Of a stretch of DNA of 64,000 nucleotides, positions 58,384-64,000 are shown piece after piece. Made by a program: the position numbers and the translations under genes. The number at the start of each line of letters is the position of its first letter. Position 1 is the stretch's first letter. The notes beneath the pieces were generated by a model, which was not told the DNA's origin, did no database searches, and was given only the letters and a program-made list of their open reading frames with translations. Source of the stretch: Armatimonadota bacterium (GTDB taxonomy: Bacteria > Armatimonadota > HRBIN16); the NCBI GenBank assembly GCA_963677485.1, contig OY781964.1:416001-480000 (forward strand). The letters are read 5' to 3'.

Positions 58384-59619
58384 TTACGCGCCAACCTCTT
58401 CCATGGCGATTTCCGCCCACCGCCATAGCCGCTGCGGCTGATACCGCACCGTGCTGATGTCCTTCAGGATGAGCTCCAGCGGGCAGCCGTATTTGCGGCA
58501 GACCTCTACGGTGGCGCGCAGATGCTTCCGTACCTCGGCTTCATCGAAGTCACCCCACGCCAGCAAGGCGGGATTGGGTTTTCGGGAGTACACGTAGCTT
58601 TTTCCTATCTCAGAGGCGCCGCGCTCCTCATCAACCCAGGGGCTCATGGACACTTTGCGCAGATGCGGGATGCGTCGCACCTGATCCATCTTCCGGTCTA
58701 ATGGGTCACAGCAGCCATAATAGACAAGTCCGAAACGCTCGAACAGCGGCATACAGACATCGATCTCAAACTCGCCGAACATGGCAGGTGAGACCGTGGA
58801 GAACATCTGAGCCAGACCAAACATCCAGATATCCTGGGTGCGCGGCTTGGCTGGATTGAACCCTGGCGCGGGCAGATCGTCACTATACGCGCCGGTGCAG
58901 TGGATGAGTGACTGACTGTGGCACAGCACACCGAGCTCTTCGGCTTGATCTAGCATCGTCATGTAGCTGCGCACGATACGGGTGGCCATCTCAAGCATGT
59001 ACTCGGGGCGGTCACAGATGGTATACAACGCATCCTGCACGCTCATCATGAAGGAGATGGGGTCCCACACCGACAGATACGGATCCAGCCCCTGCTCGAA
59101 TATCTCCAACTCGCCATCGAAGAGCTCATGAGCCATTTCCAGTCGGCGGGCTGTCTCCGCTTCCAGGTGCGTCACTTTAGCCATCTGTATCTTGTCCAGG
59201 TCGGCATCGGTGGTGAACTGGTTCTTGAAGGCATGACCGACCACGCTGTTCGTGGGATCGCCAACCGCCACCTCTTCAACAGTACCCACGCCTAAGCCTG
59301 TGTTCTGCACCGCTTTGGCCACGCGGATGAAAGGCTCGATGACCATATCCACGCGGAAGTGGTTCCACTGGTAGAGGCTCTGACGCATGAACAGCTCGTA
59401 TCCGCGGCATTCGGCGTCCTCACACTGCAGAGTGAGTTCGTCGTTCACGTTCATCTCGTTCCAACAGACCTGGTCAGTCATCACCATAGGGCGTGTCTCT
59501 TTCAGCCCGTTCAACTTGCGCCACATTGCACGCTTTTGCTCCTGCGCTGGCAGGGCGGCGATCTCGGCCATCTGGGCGGCCAGGCTGCGGATTATCGATT
59601 TATCATGACTACTTGGCAT
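58384..59619 (-). CDS. UroD/methyltransferase-fold protein, GCCD subfamily
   Basis: AQMFSTVSPAMF.EF, YYGCCDPL, LRKVSMSPWVD, SRKPNP, ELILKD. Confidence 0.72.
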   Translation of the reverse strand: MPSSHDKSIIRSLAAQMAEIAALPAQEQKRAMWRKLNGLKETRPMVMTDQVCWNEMNVNDELTLQCEDAECRGYELFMRQSLYQWNHFRVDMVIEPFIRVAKAVQNTGLGVGTVEEVAVGDPTNSVVGHAFKNQFTTDADLDKIQMAKVTHLEAETARRLEMAHELFDGELEIFEQGLDPYLSVWDPISFMMSVQDALYTICDRPEYMLEMATRIVRSYMTMLDQAEELGVLCHSQSLIHCTGAYSDDLPAPGFNPAKPRTQDIWMFGLAQMFSTVSPAMFGEFEIDVCMPLFERFGLVYYGCCDPLDRKMDQVRRIPHLRKVSMSPWVDEERGASEIGKSYVYSRKPNPALLAWGDFDEAEVRKHLRATVEVCRKYGCPLELILKDISTVRYQPQRLWRWAEIAMEEVGA

Positions 59620-59649
59620 CGGGTTACCTCTCAGTTTGGGTCGTATTGA

Positions 59650-61410
59650 TTACAGAATAACGGGTGTTACTTTTCGAAGCGATACCGACATGACTGCCAG
59701 CCCTACTCCGTTGTTATATTGAATATCCTCTGCGATCAGCGTCAATTGGTGCCGACCAGGCGAATCTATGGTGAGCCGTCCCAGCACGGAAACCGCTTGG
59801 GTGTAATATCGGGCTGCGACATCGTCGATGAGCTCATCCTGCTGCACCACAGCGGTGATGACCGCGTCTCCAACCTGCAGCCGCACTTTGTGACCACCCG
59901 CCCACGGGTTGCTATGATGCAGTCCGGTGGAGATCATCGACAGCTCGTAGACACCGGCCTCACTCACCATGAAGTCCCACGAAAGCGAAGTCTTCGGACT
60001 GAACCAGTTCACCACAGCCCCTACGGGGCATACGCTGGCTTCGGTGCCAGGCTCCACTCCGGTATTGTCTATCTGCGCGGATGCGGCAGGTAAAGTGATG
60101 GTTCCATCGGGTTGCTGGGTAATCACATTGTCGACTTCGGCCAGTCCGTCAAATTCAACCGTCAAAACCGGACACATCACAGACTGCGGCATGTCAGGAA
60201 CCTCGACAGCCAATCTCTTCTGTCCGCTAGCAGGATCAATCTCCTGCTGAAACACCAGATCGACACCGGGCTCATGCAGCAGATACGCCCTCTTTACGGT
60301 ATTGTGCAGTCCGTTGAGGCTGAGTGTCTTTGGCATATGGTGCAGATGCAGGTACAGCTTGCCGGGTTTCTGGGTGATAGATACGCCTTTGGGGCTATCA
60401 AAAAATGGTGTAGGCAGGGTGCCGTGTATCGACTCGGAGTTCAATTCCATCCAATCACCCAAATCATCGAGCACATCAATACTTACCGGAGGGAACACGC
60501 CTTCACAGGTCGGCCCAATATTGAGCACGTAATTCACATTTTTACTAGCCGAGCCAGATAATAATGCCAGCACATCCTCCGCCGACTTCCAATTCGTGTC
60601 AAACGACTTATACCCCCAGGTATCGTTCAGGGTGGCCACCGTCTCCCAGTCGCCTTCCATCACCTGACCGGAAATCTGGTTGTCGCCGAAACTGCCATAG
60701 TCACCCAACCCGTTGACCAGTCTGTTGTTGATGATGCAATCCGGCTGCAGGCTCTTAACCAGCTCGTACAGCTGCTGTGATTGTTCAAGACTGATGGTGA
60801 ATGGGCAGTCAAACCAGATCGCCCCAATCGGTCCATATCCGGTCAGCAGCTCCGTGACCTGAGGCCTTACCTTACGTTCAAAGTATTCGTCGAAGTCGCT
60901 CTTCTGGACGTCTTGAAAATCCCAGTTGTTGCACCAGCTCATTTCGAAGTTGGGCTGCTCCGCATCGAATCCGCCGCCGCCGAACTCATGCCAGTCGAGT
61001 GACTGCGAGTAATAGAAACAGAGCTTGACGCCATGTTTCTGACACGCCTCAGCAAGCTCCGCCATCGGGTCACGCCCGAATGGGGTGGCATCGACAATGT
61101 TATACGGATCGCACTTCGAGTGATACATTGCGAAGCCATCATGGTGCTTCGCCGTGATGATGAGGTATTTCATCCCAGCGCGGCTGGCCAACCGTGCCCA
61201 TTGGTCGGCGTCGAACGCCACGGGGTTGAACTCTGCAGCCAACTGCTCATACTCGGCGATGGGGATGCGGAATTCACTCATGATCCACTCGCCGATGTTC
61301 TTCTGACGCTGGCCCTTCCACTCGCCACCGAGAACGCTATAGAGCCCCCAATGGATCATCATCCCGAACCGGGCCTCACGCCACCATTGCATATACTCTT
61401 TGTTCTTCAT
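59650..61410 (-). CDS. GH29 alpha-L-fucosidase-family glycosidase with a C-terminal beta-sandwich domain
   Basis: WWREARFGMMIHWGLYS, TAKHHDGF, IWFD, INNR, TWGY, LNIGP; ATG 61410 follows GAGGA. Confidence 0.9.
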   Translation of the reverse strand: MKNKEYMQWWREARFGMMIHWGLYSVLGGEWKGQRQKNIGEWIMSEFRIPIAEYEQLAAEFNPVAFDADQWARLASRAGMKYLIITAKHHDGFAMYHSKCDPYNIVDATPFGRDPMAELAEACQKHGVKLCFYYSQSLDWHEFGGGGFDAEQPNFEMSWCNNWDFQDVQKSDFDEYFERKVRPQVTELLTGYGPIGAIWFDCPFTISLEQSQQLYELVKSLQPDCIINNRLVNGLGDYGSFGDNQISGQVMEGDWETVATLNDTWGYKSFDTNWKSAEDVLALLSGSASKNVNYVLNIGPTCEGVFPPVSIDVLDDLGDWMELNSESIHGTLPTPFFDSPKGVSITQKPGKLYLHLHHMPKTLSLNGLHNTVKRAYLLHEPGVDLVFQQEIDPASGQKRLAVEVPDMPQSVMCPVLTVEFDGLAEVDNVITQQPDGTITLPAASAQIDNTGVEPGTEASVCPVGAVVNWFSPKTSLSWDFMVSEAGVYELSMISTGLHHSNPWAGGHKVRLQVGDAVITAVVQQDELIDDVAARYYTQAVSVLGRLTIDSPGRHQLTLIAEDIQYNNGVGLAVMSVSLRKVTPVIL

Positions 61411-61637
61411 TAGCGTCCTCTTAAAGGCATTGGGCAGCGGTGTATCACCGCATGTGGTTTCGTGCGATATCAGGCTCACCACCGTGTATATTTCACCATC
61501 GCGGAGCCACCCCCCTGCATCATTCGGTGTGATATACAGACCATTCTATGGAATGATGGTGCTGACAACGCATCTGTGGGTATGCTATAGTGATGTTTGA
61601 CCAGCTCAACCGCCAAACCCAAGGAGCATATCATACG

Positions 61638-62858
61638 ATGAATACCAGCAATCAGCGCATCATCCGTGAGCTCGCGAAGCTAGTGGCCGAGATCGCTGCT
61701 CTTCCCGTCCAACAGCAACGCCGCGAGCTCTGGACGAAACACAACAGCCTTCAGCGAGTCAGGCCGATGGTGCTGGTATTCCCGGAGGGTGCCTGGAGCG
61801 AGCTGCTGCCAGCCGATGTGCTGCAATGCGATGATCCCGATGCCCAAGGCATCGAGTGGGAGCTGCGGAGGCGAATCTACGCACACACTCACTTCATGTC
61901 GGACAACCTGGTGGAGGCCACATGGCCTGTTCATAAACACGTCAGCCATACCGACTGGGGACTCACACCGAGGCACCACGACAGCCCCGCCGCCCGAGGA
62001 GCCTGGGGATTTGAACCGGTGATTAATGACCATGCAGACCTTGCCAAGCTGAAATTCCCCGAAGTCAGCTATCTGGAAGAGCCCACAATGCAAAACCTGA
62101 CCGCGATGAAGGAGCTGTTCGGTGATATCCTCGATGTGCGCCTGCGAGGCATCACCCACATCTCCTTCCATGCGATGGGCCAATATTCCGCACTGCGTGG
62201 GCTGGAACAGGTCATGCTGGATATGTACGAGCAGCCTGAGATGCTGCACGAGGCGATGGCCTTCTATGAAGCGGGTTACCGGCATATGCTGGAGCAATAT
62301 GTAATGCAGAACCTGCTGGATCTGAACAACGACGACACCTACCACAACTCAGGCGGCAACGGATTCACTAACGAGCTGCCCGCACCGGGTTTTGATCCCG
62401 CACGGGTGCGGCTGTGCGACATGTGGGGCTCGTCTGAAGCGCAAGAGATGGCGCAGGTCTCACCGCAGCAGCACGATGAGTTCATTCTGCAATACGAAAA
62501 GCGGCTACTGGAGCCGTTCGGTCTGACCGGCTACGGCTGCTGTGAAGACTTAAGCCGCAAACTCGATCTCGTGTTCACCATCCCGCACATCCGACGCATC
62601 TCCATTTCACCCTGGGCGGATGTGGATGTCAGTGCCGAAAAGCTGGCGGGCAACTATATCTTCTCCTGGAAGCCCAACCCCGCCCATCTGGTCGGTGACT
62701 TCCAGTCCGATTTTGTGCGGAACTACATTAAGCACACCGTCGATGTGGCGGGTGACGGCGTGCTGGAGATCATTTTGAAGGACACGCACACCTGCCAGAA
62801 CCACCCCGAGCGCTTTGACGAGTGGACCGAGATCGCCTGGGAGCTCGTGCAGGGGTAG
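61638..62858 (+). CDS. UroD/methyltransferase-fold protein, GCCE subfamily (paralogue of 58384..59619)
   Basis: AQEMAQVSP, YGCCEDL, IRRISISPWAD, SWKPNP, EIILKD; AAGGAG RBS and TGCTATAGT promoter upstream. Confidence 0.72.
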   Translation: MNTSNQRIIRELAKLVAEIAALPVQQQRRELWTKHNSLQRVRPMVLVFPEGAWSELLPADVLQCDDPDAQGIEWELRRRIYAHTHFMSDNLVEATWPVHKHVSHTDWGLTPRHHDSPAARGAWGFEPVINDHADLAKLKFPEVSYLEEPTMQNLTAMKELFGDILDVRLRGITHISFHAMGQYSALRGLEQVMLDMYEQPEMLHEAMAFYEAGYRHMLEQYVMQNLLDLNNDDTYHNSGGNGFTNELPAPGFDPARVRLCDMWGSSEAQEMAQVSPQQHDEFILQYEKRLLEPFGLTGYGCCEDLSRKLDLVFTIPHIRRISISPWADVDVSAEKLAGNYIFSWKPNPAHLVGDFQSDFVRNYIKHTVDVAGDGVLEIILKDTHTCQNHPERFDEWTEIAWELVQG

Positions 62859-62888
62859 CAGAAGGAGCCAACCCATAGGTCACCCGTA

Positions 62889-63653
62889 CTACGCGCTTTG
62901 CGATAATCGGTCAAGGTAGCTCAGAGATCGCGTGCGGAAGTCGTCTAGGGAGACAAACTGCTTATCTGCGGCTGATGTAATCCGGCTCCGGTCCTTCTTA
63001 GGCAGGTTGTCAAAATCGTCGTGCACAACCATGCTGCTGAATGACAGTCCGGCACGTTGGAACTCCAGACATGAGATAGTGGCCAACCTGGCTTTCGCGG
63101 AGTCCCTCACACCAAAGAGATATACCGCCCTGTGACCAATGTTGAACTGCCAGTCGACTTCCAGATCATCCCTGTCTGCGATAGGCATCATATTCTGCTG
63201 CGGTGAATACTTGGCCAGGCTTTCTTCAACAAATCCCTGAAGCAGCTCATAGAACAGGCTTTGCACGACTTCTCGGCGGTAGAGCTGCATATTGGCCACT
63301 TTTCCTACGGTCTGAGCGAACTGTAATACAGAGGGATACAGGCGTTCCGGTTCTGCATCAAGATACAGGTTGCCATTGTCTTCAGACACTCGGTTTTCGG
63401 TGATGATCCGATGAAAAATGCGTTCCTTGTTTGGAGTGTCAAGCTCGTAGTTATATGACAGGCGCATCAATGTCATGCCGAAATCGCAAATACGCACCCT
63501 ATGGTCGCTGCGCTCTGACGTATCCAAAAACAAGTCAACCATATCGCCATCTTCGTGATACAACGGTGCCACGAGTTGCAGGATATTCGGTCGTTTTTCG
63601 ACCAATGCCAGTTGATTATTAAATTGTGCGCGCAGCAGACTGATGTAGTCCAT
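62889..63653 (-). CDS. DUF1828-domain protein, probably with a DUF1829-like C-terminus
   Basis: APLYHEDGDMVDLFL, ICDFGMTLMRL, SLFYELL..F, VDWQF, LFGV; family recognised from memory. Confidence 0.7.
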   Translation of the reverse strand: MDYISLLRAQFNNQLALVEKRPNILQLVAPLYHEDGDMVDLFLDTSERSDHRVRICDFGMTLMRLSYNYELDTPNKERIFHRIITENRVSEDNGNLYLDAEPERLYPSVLQFAQTVGKVANMQLYRREVVQSLFYELLQGFVEESLAKYSPQQNMMPIADRDDLEVDWQFNIGHRAVYLFGVRDSAKARLATISCLEFQRAGLSFSSMVVHDDFDNLPKKDRSRITSAADKQFVSLDDFRTRSLSYLDRLSQSA

Positions 63654-63655
63654 CG

Positions 63656-64000
63656 TTAGTTATCCCCGTCGAAGTCCAAGGGAAGCTCAAGATATTTCTT
63701 TGGAAAGGCTTTTTCTATGTCCGATTTGTCAACATTGACATAGTTCAGGAAATAGATAATAGCATCTTCATATGAAGCATACCCTGATTCAATGGTAGCA
63801 TGTCGTTCGGCGAGAATACCAGAGTTTAGGTCATCAGCCATCATATGATGTGAGTGGTAATAGAAATGTGGATGACCGAACCCGAGTTCAGCATGGTTAC
63901 CGTGTGGCCCATTACAACGATAAAGGTTGAAAGACTGTCCCTCTCGGGACAGATATCGCAACCCGATAGTGAAGTTCTCAGGGAATTGCTCGTTTTTCCG
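63656..64000 (-). CDS. DUF6978-like His-rich protein (5'-partial)
   Basis: Frame stays open to the window edge: RKNEQFPENFTIGLRY...LYRCNGPHGNH...HPHFYYHSH. Ends 2 bp before the DUF1828 start. Confidence 0.6.
   Translation of the reverse strand, partial: RKNEQFPENFTIGLRYLSREGQSFNLYRCNGPHGNHAELGFGHPHFYYHSHHMMADDLNSGILAERHATIESGYASYEDAIIYFLNYVNVDKSDIEKAFPKKYLELPLDFDGDN

Noticed and set aside
62856-62905. Pyrrolysine/selenocysteine read-through of TAG at the end of UroD-like genes
   Set aside because: The stops fall where the paralogues also end, and read-through gives only a short meaningless extension.

Overview
Chromosomal 64-kb window from a moderately GC-rich bacterium with a glycan-degrading, probably anaerobic or microaerobic gene set. 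Armatimonadota-like is my impression only and cannot be shown from this window. Left: a >1330-aa secreted HzsA-like c-type-haem beta-propeller protein, missing from the ORF track because it runs off the edge. It is followed by fumC, three CckA-type hybrid histidine kinases, a Zn alcohol dehydrogenase, slyD and rnhA. Middle: secreted glycosidase-like proteins, YfhO, rubrerythrin, GT4, a DUF5722 tandem pair, and a translationally coupled lacI-HAD-deoxyhypusine-synthase-like-HldE-like kinase operon with a perfect 18-bp operator. Then come a sugar ABC transporter, SIS, IolB, a Gfo oxidoreductase, an orphan phage-type gene and uvrC. Right: GH4, DUF4434, a BtrR/RifK-like aminotransferase, a ceramidase-like hydrolase, DUF4838, AAC(3), two UroD-fold paralogues, GH29, and a DUF6978-like/DUF1828 pair at the edge. 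Intergenic spaces carry at least five different REP/REPIN-like palindromic families. I saw no CRISPR array, rRNA, tRNA, transposase or integrase. Best candidates for undescribed biology are the lacI-HAD-DHS-like-kinase operon, a possible aminocyclitol/amino-sugar processing cluster, and the DUF6978-DUF1828 pair. All family calls come from motif recognition, not database searches.
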